A program made the translations under genes and the position numbers. Below are positions 1 through 7,097 of a stretch of 19,539 bases of DNA, one piece after another. Source of the stretch: Promethearchaeota archaeon (GTDB taxonomy: Archaea; Asgardarchaeota; Lokiarchaeia; Sigyniarchaeales; SOKP01); assembly GCA_016840165.1 (NCBI GenBank), contig JAEOSU010000052.1, positions 1 through 19,539 of the forward strand. The letters run 5' to 3'. Numbering within the stretch: position 1 is the first letter of the stretch; every line of letters begins with the position of its first letter. The notes beneath the pieces are model-generated. The model was given only the letters and a program-made list of their open reading frames with translations, made no database searches and was not told the DNA's origin.

Positions 1-867
1 AATTTTTATAATTCAACATTGCTATTAGCTGGTCCAGATGTAAATCCATTTTATGAAGGTGCTGCTGCCCAACTATATGAACCAGCACCATATAGCCATA
101 TAACTACTAACATTATCAATTTTTCTTGGTATAGTTTAGATTTAATGTTCGGATCAGTCAATTATACATTACAAATTTCCAATCTCTTTGATTTTTCTGT
201 ATTAAATTATGAGATCACTGATATAATAGAAAATGATTTCATAACTAGTGTGCTAATTCCGGTAAGTTTATCAACCGATGACTTTTACTGGCGAGTGAAA
301 CCCACCTTCGGAAATTATTCGGGAACTTGGTCTAAACCTTCTCGATTTTCATACTTTATTAACCTAGACGCTCCATTACTAGCATTAGGAGAAATAACGC
401 CTTCAACGGGGTCTGCATCGACTGTTTTTAAAATTACTGTTATTTATAGTGATTCTGATAATAACGCACCTGAGTATGTGAATATCATAATTGATGGAAT
501 CTCTTTTAACATGACGAAAGCCGATCCTATAGATGATAATTTTATTGATGGTTGTCTGTTTCAATACTTAACACTTATGGAACCGTCTGATACGGCTTGT
601 ATCATCTCATTCCAATGCTCAGATGGAGCCTATCAATTTTCAACTCAAGACTCTGAAGGCCCATTTGTTGATTTCGATGATACGCCAAGTACTCCTGGAG
701 GAATTAATAATTATGATTTAGCAAATCTTATTACCATTTTCACTATACTCGGCATTACTTTTGGGAGTTTATTACCATTTATCGCTCTCGCGGAATTATC
801 ATCTAAGAAGATAAAATTAGCAGATACTGAATTTAAAAAAATTAAAAAGAAGAAAATTAAGAATTAA
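1..867 (+). CDS. C-terminal part of a membrane-anchored cell-surface protein (FN3/Ig-like beta-sandwich domains, C-terminal TM, Lys-rich tail); 5'-truncated
   Basis: Frame 1 is open from base 1, so the TTG at 19 is probably internal. FN3-like end 'FYWRVKPTFGNYSGTWSKPSRF'; beta-rich domain 'FKITVIYSDSDNNAPEYVNIIIDG'; TM 'LITIFTILGITFGSLLPFIALA' followed by a basic tail ending KKIKKKKIKN. Confidence 0.75.
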   Translation, partial: NFYNSTLLLAGPDVNPFYEGAAAQLYEPAPYSHITTNIINFSWYSLDLMFGSVNYTLQISNLFDFSVLNYEITDIIENDFITSVLIPVSLSTDDFYWRVKPTFGNYSGTWSKPSRFSYFINLDAPLLALGEITPSTGSASTVFKITVIYSDSDNNAPEYVNIIIDGISFNMTKADPIDDNFIDGCLFQYLTLMEPSDTACIISFQCSDGAYQFSTQDSEGPFVDFDDTPSTPGGINNYDLANLITIFTILGITFGSLLPFIALAELSSKKIKLADTEFKKIKKKKIKN

Positions 868-874
868 TCTCTAA

Positions 875-898
875 TTTTTTATTTTTTTCTACTTTTTT
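875..898 (+). terminator. Oligo-T tract, probable archaeal intrinsic terminator
   Basis: T-runs directly after the TAA at 867. The tract overlaps the Lys-rich end of the convergent ORF. Confidence 0.35.
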
Positions 899-1166
899 CC
901 AACAGCTCTTTTAAGTATAGTTTAATAAAATGTCTCTGGTTATTGCAGTAGTTAATACGTTGTTGAGGAGTAAGATTCTTTTCTCTCCGTAATATTTCAG
1001 TTATAAAGTTTAATGTTTCAAAGCTTTCATCTTTTCCTTTCTCGAATTGTTTAATGATATACCTGTTATCCTTATTCTTATCAGAATATCTATATACCAA
1101 AAATTCTAAAATCTTAAGCTTCCGATATTTAAAATTGCTCGTATCTTTCGTGAATAAAGGATCCAT
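879..1166 (-). CDS. Small basic helical hypothetical protein (95 aa)
   Basis: ORF track; protein-like amphipathic pattern; co-oriented with and downstream of the helicase; no family recognised. Confidence 0.5.
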   Translation of the reverse strand: MDPLFTKDTSNFKYRKLKILEFLVYRYSDKNKDNRYIIKQFEKGKDESFETLNFITEILRREKNLTPQQRINYCNNQRHFIKLYLKELLEKSRKK

Positions 1167-1229
1167 AAGCCAATCGAGAAAGGGTTTAATATCAAAAAAT
1201 ATTAGAATTATAAAAAGGAAAAATCCTAG

Positions 1230-3770
1230 TTAATCGGTATTTTTGATAATATTTTTACATAATTTTAATCCCAATCCCGTTTTGCGATTTAAAACAAAAG
1301 GATTTTCCTTTTTCACCTGGGTTGCAGTTCGATATCCTGCTTTATAAATAATTCTGGCACGAACTCGAGCGACATTCGGTAATCTCATTACTAAATCAAA
1401 CAATTCTTCTCGAATTCCGTAGTGAATTCTGATTTTAAGCGTCTCACACATTTCTGCGATTTCAATAAGGTTATTTTGGATACTAAAGTCTGTTTCACTT
1501 AGATGAATTGCTATTATCCCAATAAATGAGATTATACGTTCTAAATTATCCCGTACGGAATATAAATCTCCCGCCATTAGTTTATGGCGCTCAATAATCT
1601 CATCAATCGGTTCTTCATCAGTCCATTCTAAAATTGGTTGGAGAAGTTTATTGTCCCTTACTCTATGTTCTGCTTTCAAAATATCATAAGCCTCTTTGAT
1701 AATATCTTGAAAGGTTTCAATTTGATTTTGCTCTAATTTTTGACGAATTAATACTCCCGAGACAGGATATAGGTATAATCGAATGATGAGTTTGCCAAAT
1801 TGAGAGCATTTTAATAAACCTTCTTTATTTTTTATCAACAAACCCTTTTCTAATAAATAATTTAAGATATATTGGTTCCGAACAGATTTAGGAATGATGT
1901 CTTTTATATATTTATTGATTTGTTCATCTGGTAGATCAATTAAATAGAGCAAAAAGGCAGTAATATGATCACAAAATTCAAAGGCAAACTTATCATTGGC
2001 ATAATTATCAGAAATCCCATTCTCAAACCCACAAGAACATCTTATTCCTGTATCAATACCCAATTCACAGATATATACGCCATAGGCAGTTTTTAAATAT
2101 CCAGAGATCATCGAATTGGTTAATTTAGCAATTTTGATTTGAAAATTTTTATTTTTGAGTTCATTAATTTTTGAGGGCTCAGAATGGAGTTTCAAGATAT
2201 TTTTTGGTGAGATCTCTTTAATCATTAATAATTGTTCGATGGGTATACGCTTTTCTTTCATTCTTTTTTTAGTACTAAACCAAAAGTAGGTCTTTTGAAA
2301 GAAACTGATAAGAGCCTGAAGAGAAATATGTTTTTCTTGATATACCCGTAGTAACACTTGCTCTTGTAAAATATTAATTTTATTCAATCCAGAATGGAGA
2401 TCATTATATCTGGGAAGATATTTCTTAAAGATACTGGAGTATGTGAAATAATGATCTTCCACCCAATTTCGCTCTTCGATATCATTGATTAAGATAATTC
2501 CATATCCAACCTCATCCAAACCAGGGCGCCCCGCTCTGCCCAACATCTGGAAGATCTCGTTTGCAGAAAATGGTTTAAAAAAGCTAAATCCATTGCCATT
2601 TTCATAGTATCCTGTGAAATTTTTAATATTATGACCTGAAGTGACATATCTTCGGAAATCTTTTATAATGACTGCTCGAGCTGGCATATTTATCCCTGCG
2701 CTTAATGTTGAAGTGGTGAATATCACTTTAATTATTCGTCTACGATAAGCATTTTCTATACTTATTCGTTCTTTAGGTAATAATCCTGCGTGATGAAAGG
2801 CTACCCCACATTTTACTGTTTTTTGTAGTTCTAAATTTCCACCTTTAATTCGTTTCAATTTTGCCTCTAATTCTCGACATATTTCTAATTGTTTTTCAGT
2901 TATATGGTTTTTAACAAATACTTTTAAATTCTTAGCCGCTTGCTGGGTTGCCTTTCTTGTATTTAAAAAGATTAAAAGTTGCCCATCTTCTTTTAAAAAT
3001 GAATTAACTATTTTTTTTATAGTAGAATCTTTATTTTGGGTAACTTCTACCTTATAATGGAGAGGTACAGGTCTAATATTAGAATTAATGAGAATAGTAT
3101 TATTTCCCAAAGAGGAAAGCCATTTGTTGAAAAAGTCAGGATTAGCGATTGTGGCAGAAAGCCCAATAATACATGGGTTATGAAGTAACTCGTTTAAACG
3201 CACAATTAATGATTCTAAACGTGGACCTCGTTCACCTTCTCCAACGCTGTGAATTTCATCAATGATGATGGTTGAAATACTCATAATCCATTCCTTATCA
3301 TAAAAATTTCGCAAGAGTGAGTCCATTTTCTCAAATGTTGTGACAATTATATCAGCATTCTGAAGTTTGGAGTCATCGACATCATAATCACCAATCGAGA
3401 GCTCTACAATAACTCCAAATCGTTCATAGCTGCGTTTAAAATGAAGGTATTTTTCTGTAGCTAGTGCTTTAAATGGAACTAAATATACAGATTTTCCAAA
3501 ACGCTCAAATACGTTATTTACTGCACATACCTCTCCGATTAGAGTTTTTCCTGAACCAGATGGAGCGCAGACCAAAAATGATTTCCGAAAAAAAAGACCT
3601 TTTTGTATCGCCTCCTTTTGAATTTCTCGAAGAGAGAAAATTTTTTGCTCAAAAAGCACTCGTAAAATTCTTTTATCGGAGATGTATTGGAAAATTTCCT
3701 TATTCTCTATACTTTCCTGATCTAAAGGCTTTGTATATTTAAGTATTGTAATATAATATTCACTACCCAA
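1230..3770 (-). CDS. Hel308/Ski2-like SF2 DExH helicase with inserted SWIM-type zinc finger
   Basis: Q motif LREIQKEAI, Walker A APSGSGKT, motif Ia VPFKALA, Ib TTFEK, II DEIH, III SAT, FHHAGL, V TLSAGINMPA, VI QMLGRAGRPG, C-terminal HhH with Hel308-type RVRAR ('LPNVARVRARIIYKAGY'). Extra C-S-C-x19-C-D-H. TTG start. Orthology to canonical hel308 is not established, so no symbol is given. Confidence 0.93.
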   Translation of the reverse strand: MGSEYYITILKYTKPLDQESIENKEIFQYISDKRILRVLFEQKIFSLREIQKEAIQKGLFFRKSFLVCAPSGSGKTLIGEVCAVNNVFERFGKSVYLVPFKALATEKYLHFKRSYERFGVIVELSIGDYDVDDSKLQNADIIVTTFEKMDSLLRNFYDKEWIMSISTIIIDEIHSVGEGERGPRLESLIVRLNELLHNPCIIGLSATIANPDFFNKWLSSLGNNTILINSNIRPVPLHYKVEVTQNKDSTIKKIVNSFLKEDGQLLIFLNTRKATQQAAKNLKVFVKNHITEKQLEICRELEAKLKRIKGGNLELQKTVKCGVAFHHAGLLPKERISIENAYRRRIIKVIFTTSTLSAGINMPARAVIIKDFRRYVTSGHNIKNFTGYYENGNGFSFFKPFSANEIFQMLGRAGRPGLDEVGYGIILINDIEERNWVEDHYFTYSSIFKKYLPRYNDLHSGLNKINILQEQVLLRVYQEKHISLQALISFFQKTYFWFSTKKRMKEKRIPIEQLLMIKEISPKNILKLHSEPSKINELKNKNFQIKIAKLTNSMISGYLKTAYGVYICELGIDTGIRCSCGFENGISDNYANDKFAFEFCDHITAFLLYLIDLPDEQINKYIKDIIPKSVRNQYILNYLLEKGLLIKNKEGLLKCSQFGKLIIRLYLYPVSGVLIRQKLEQNQIETFQDIIKEAYDILKAEHRVRDNKLLQPILEWTDEEPIDEIIERHKLMAGDLYSVRDNLERIISFIGIIAIHLSETDFSIQNNLIEIAEMCETLKIRIHYGIREELFDLVMRLPNVARVRARIIYKAGYRTATQVKKENPFVLNRKTGLGLKLCKNIIKNTD

Positions 3771-4010
3771 TCGATTATATTATAGATATTTTAAATGTAG
3801 TTCTCCTTGAATTTAAAGGAAAAAAGAGTAAAGATTTTGCCTTAAACATTATTAACTCAATAGAAGGAAGGAGATATTAAAAAAAATTGAAATAACTGTT
3901 TTTGGCAAAATCTCTTAAGTTTTTCGGTAATATTGTGCTAAAATGAATTTAAGTTAATTCTATTTAAATAAAAAATAAGCATTTGAAAATAAACAAAAGA
4001 CACAGTAAAT

Positions 4011-4220
4011 TTATTTCTGTTTTTCGTTATTAAACATTGTTGTTAAGACCTTTACAACACCTTCTACCTCTTGTTCAGAAAGCGTGTTTTCTGGGGTAAT
4101 TTTATCAAGAATTACGCGGTTAAAGCTTAGTCGACAGTTCATACAATATAATTTACTGTCGGTGATTACTAAAAAATGCCCTCCACAATGCGGGCATGAA
4201 TAGATAGGAGTCCTTCTCAT
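4011..4220 (-). CDS. Small CPxCG Zn-ribbon protein, paralog A
   Basis: CPHCG-x12-CMNC followed by a helical tail; aligns with 4300..4491. Confidence 0.8.
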   Translation of the reverse strand: MRRTPIYSCPHCGGHFLVITDSKLYCMNCRLSFNRVILDKITPENTLSEQEVEGVVKVLTTMFNNEKQK

Positions 4221-4299
4221 TTTGAATCATAAAGAAATATAAGTGCAACTTAATCTAAAAAGAATAATTTAAACCCCAGAAAAAATAACTTTATAAATT

Positions 4300-4491
4300 T
4301 CATACAACGTCATCTTTAAAGGCGTCTAAAAATGCCTTCTTTTCTTCCTCTGCCAAGATCTCATCCTCCTCCAATTCATCTAAAAAACGCTTACGAAAAC
4401 TGAGATGGCAGATAGAGCACTCAAATATCTCGCCGAAATCGATAAGATCCGATGATCCGCAGCGTGGACATTGATACATATAGAAAACCAT
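4300..4491 (-). CDS. Small CPxCG Zn-ribbon protein, paralog B (acidic tail)
   Basis: CPRCG-x12-CSIC; same spacing and LSF..LD..L.E pattern as 4011..4220. Confidence 0.8.
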   Translation of the reverse strand: MVFYMYQCPRCGSSDLIDFGEIFECSICHLSFRKRFLDELEEDEILAEEEKKAFLDAFKDDVV

Positions 4492-4681
4492 TTCCTAAAG
4501 AAGATTAGTTCTATGAATTAATCTATTATGCCTTACTATTGAAATTATCTTACGAATATTTATGGTTTTAGGTATGGAAGTAAACCAGTAAATTCTAAAT
4601 TGGTATTTTTTCTTTAAAAAGCTTAAGTAGAAAAAGAGCGATAAATCATAAAAAAATACTATAAAGAAAATGTGAAGAATA

Positions 4682-5059
4682 ATGAGTCGAATTAAAACCA
4701 AAAATAACCAAACTATTCTCATATTAAAAAAGAAACGGTCCCATACGACACATTGGATTTTAATGGGTATTATAATGTTTTTAGTAGTGTTTATGCCGAT
4801 TTACGGTATTACTTTACGGTATGAGGTAAGTCTAACTTTAAGAGCAATATTTAGCGTATTTGGAGAACTATGCTTAACATTCGGCGGAGTATTGAGCGGT
4901 TTAAGCTTGGTTATTAGTTTGGTTTTTCGTAAATTTTATCTGAAATCTTTTATATTCGGGATAGTTCTCCTTTGGATTGGTGCTTTTTTAACAGATTCTC
5001 AATTCAGTTTGTTTGGGTATTTATTTGGCCGTAACAATCCGTCTCAAGGCTACTACTAA
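4682..5059 (+). CDS. Small integral membrane protein (about 3 TM, basic N-terminus)
   Basis: Three hydrophobic segments (WILMGIIMFLVVFMPIYGI; LCLTFGGVLSGLSLVISLVF; FIFGIVLLWIGAFL); T-rich tract after the stop. Confidence 0.75.
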   Translation: MSRIKTKNNQTILILKKKRSHTTHWILMGIIMFLVVFMPIYGITLRYEVSLTLRAIFSVFGELCLTFGGVLSGLSLVISLVFRKFYLKSFIFGIVLLWIGAFLTDSQFSLFGYLFGRNNPSQGYY

Positions 5060-5062
5060 TCA

Positions 5063-5081
5063 TTTTTTGTTTTTTATTTTT
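5063..5081 (+). terminator. Oligo-T terminator between convergent genes
   Basis: ttttttgtttttttattttt immediately after the TAA at 5059. Confidence 0.45.
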
Positions 5082-5115
5082 AATTAAAGAGAATTTAGAA
5101 TATGAATTGAAAGAA

Positions 5116-5340
5116 TCACCGGAAAATTCGAAAATAATATATTCCTGTATTAATACCACACACACATAGCAAAATAAACGACATAAGAATTACACCAATC
5201 ATCTTTCCTCGCATCTTTGGAGTGCCCCAGATAAGAAATATAAAACCTATTAAAAGTCCTAATAATCCGATAATCGAGCCCAAAGCGATTAAAAATTCGA
5301 TACCTTCCATGAAACTATCGAAGAAGTCCATTACTACCAT
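5116..5340 (-). CDS. 74-aa two-helix membrane protein, candidate VirB2/TrbC/CedA1-like pilin
   Basis: Acidic amphipathic N-terminus, long Gly-rich hydrophobic helix, short basic loop WGTPKMRGK, second hydrophobic helix. The CDS is likely real; the pilin identity rests on architecture only. Confidence 0.6.
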   Translation of the reverse strand: MVVMDFFDSFMEGIEFLIALGSIIGLLGLLIGFIFLIWGTPKMRGKMIGVILMSFILLCVCGINTGIYYFRIFR

Positions 5341-5503
5341 TATATGATATGAAAATAGCTAATATTTTTAAAAGAAAAAATCGAGTTATATGATCTTTTT
5401 TTTAATTGGTATTACATTCATTTGCTCAGATACACTCCCATTTTTTCTTTAAATAAAAACGGTTAAAATCTTTAATAACCACGATTCCACGTGATCGAAT
5501 AAG

Positions 5504-5821
5504 ATGAAGAAACTCGAAGAAATTGGCGAGTGTGTCAAGTGTCAGTGCTCGCTAAACATATTTAAAACTAATAATTACAAGCGCTTTGTTAAGTGTGAGG
5601 CTTGCGGCCTATCTTATCCGCTACCAAAACGAGGTACGTTATCTACTTCTGCTTTAATTTGTCCCAAAAGTGGATTTCCTGTGTTGATTGTATCCAGGAA
5701 AGATGAAAAAGCTTATTTTTGGGCAGATCAACCTTGTTTTAGTTGTATTGCTTATGATTCTTGCGAAGTCGTGCGAAGTCTTATTACTGAATTTACCGAA
5801 CTTGAGGTGTATGGTTATTAA
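5504..5821 (+). CDS. Stand-alone topoisomerase IA C-terminal-type (C4) Zn-ribbon protein
   Basis: CVKC..L....KRFVKCEAC..SYPLPKRG.L....CPKSGFPVLIV...W...CFSC closely follows the tandem zinc ribbons at the C-terminus of archaeal TopA. No TOPRIM or catalytic core. Confidence 0.75.
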   Translation: MKKLEEIGECVKCQCSLNIFKTNNYKRFVKCEACGLSYPLPKRGTLSTSALICPKSGFPVLIVSRKDEKAYFWADQPCFSCIAYDSCEVVRSLITEFTELEVYGY

Positions 5822-6842
5822 GGTAAAGCCTTATTTCCTGATTGGCATCATTATTATATCAATTATATGTATTTTACCGGCTAATGCGATCTATCCAATT
5901 ATTTCAGATAATAAAAATACCAATATTGAGTCTCCTGAGACGAATGCAATTAATATTGTGGATAAGGTCTATACATTTCTTGCCCCCGAGGATAGCCTTG
6001 AATTTCAAGATATGTCACTCAAAAAAGATTTTACCTATTATATTTTTGTCCAAGTTGTGACTTATCATGTCTGTGAACTCAATATTTCTGTATGGGATCC
6101 CTATGGAGGTTTATTTGAGATATTTTCTCGGCCATTAATGCTAAATGATACATTTGGTTCTAACCAAGCTGAAATTCCCTTTGGAACAGCTATAGCGGGC
6201 AACTATACCCTTCGATTTGATGTGCTTTTGGTGATGAATATGAATATCTATATCCGTATTCAAGAAGGACAAACTGTATTTCGGGATAAGATGAAAACAG
6301 ATGAATGGAATAGTCAAATCTTTTATCGGGTCACCAGGTTCTATGATGGGATGTATATTGAACATAATATACAGTTAGAGAGCGATATGAACTATAAAGT
6401 ATATCTAGGACGAGTTTCACCAATTGCCAATGAAAATTATTCAATAGTTAGAGCGAATCATAGTCTTATCGATGAAAATGATATAGAGTTCACGATCTAT
6501 TCAGATGATTTGGTCGCAGGGGTTTTAGACTTAAATTATTATACTTTTGGAACTGCTATCGCAGGAATCTATAGGTTCAAGCTTCAAATCCACTGTCAAG
6601 TAGACTTCATCAATTTAGCCTATAGTGTTATTGAACTTTACGAAATCAGCGAAGGTGCTGATACTAATCATACAGGTACACCGAATAATAATACAAAATA
6701 CGAAAGTGGAATATTTTCCGTATCTATGTTCGTGTTGACTGGTTTAGCTACTGCAATGATTAGTATTATTATTATACTAACAGTTTTTATATACCATCGT
6801 AAAAATCGTCAAAGTAAAGCGCTTAATATAACTAATTTTTAA
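5811..6842 (+). CDS. Secreted, C-terminally anchored surface protein with two repeated beta-sandwich domains (paralog 1)
   Basis: Start moved from 5688 to the ATG at 5811. This gives a signal peptide (MVIKVKPYFLIGIIIISIICILPANA), matches the paralog N-terminus and leaves an 11-nt overlap with the upstream gene. Internal repeat FGTAIAGNY / FGTAIAGIY; C-terminal TM + HRKNRQ. Confidence 0.8.
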   Translation: MVIKVKPYFLIGIIIISIICILPANAIYPIISDNKNTNIESPETNAINIVDKVYTFLAPEDSLEFQDMSLKKDFTYYIFVQVVTYHVCELNISVWDPYGGLFEIFSRPLMLNDTFGSNQAEIPFGTAIAGNYTLRFDVLLVMNMNIYIRIQEGQTVFRDKMKTDEWNSQIFYRVTRFYDGMYIEHNIQLESDMNYKVYLGRVSPIANENYSIVRANHSLIDENDIEFTIYSDDLVAGVLDLNYYTFGTAIAGIYRFKLQIHCQVDFINLAYSVIELYEISEGADTNHTGTPNNNTKYESGIFSVSMFVLTGLATAMISIIIILTVFIYHRKNRQSKALNITNF

Positions 6843-6850
6843 AATTTTAA

Positions 6851-6873
6851 TTTTTTCCTTTTTATTTTATTTT
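6851..6873 (+). terminator. Oligo-T terminator
   Basis: ttttttcctttttattttatttt just after the stop at 6842. Confidence 0.45.
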
Positions 6874-6918
6874 CAAAATCTACTAAATTCTTTACCTCTC
6901 AATTTTTTTATAATATCA

Positions 6919-6926
6919 TTTATAAA
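6919..6926 (+). promoter_or_regulatory. Candidate archaeal TATA box upstream of a long leader or small RNA
   Basis: TTTATAAA about 20-25 nt before a GC-richer non-coding segment, about 170 nt before the ATG at 7098. Confidence 0.3.
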
Positions 6927-7097
6927 ATGTACATGCTATTAAGATGGGCTCGTCGTAATGAAGTCCTTATGATCACTATATATTTGAGTTCCTAAGTTTT
7001 TTCAGCTCATGTAGGAACACTTCTGGGGATATTAGTGTTGCTACTGGAGGGATGGAATGAGAGTCGACTTAGATATGTTCAATTCAGTGAAATATAA

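Noticed and set aside
3473-3742. 89-aa + strand ORF in the track
   Set aside because: Lies entirely antisense within the conserved helicase motifs; no recognisable features; shadow ORF.
4495-4722. 75-aa hydrophobic - strand ORF
   Set aside because: Hydrophobicity follows from A/T runs in the divergent promoter region and it overlaps the 4682 gene head to head. Not fully excluded, because it ends 3 nt before the Zn-ribbon gene.
5762-5780. Direct repeat tgcgaagtc x2
   Set aside because: Only two 9-nt copies inside a CDS, no array; compatible with chance.
5688-5810. N-terminal extension of the 384-aa ORF as given in the track
   Set aside because: Overlaps the Zn-ribbon gene by more than 120 nt; the ATG at 5811 gives a proper signal peptide matching the paralog.
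5842-6365. ORFs 5842..6060 (+) and 6141..6365 (-)
   Set aside because: Nested in alternative frames of a well-supported gene that has a full-length paralog.
6946-7085. tRNA-like fragments (GGGCTCGTCGT start; GTTCAATTC T-loop-like motif) and possible C/D-box or SECIS motifs
   Set aside because: No complementary acceptor stem, the T-stem does not pair, and the box or SECIS motifs lack correct spacing.
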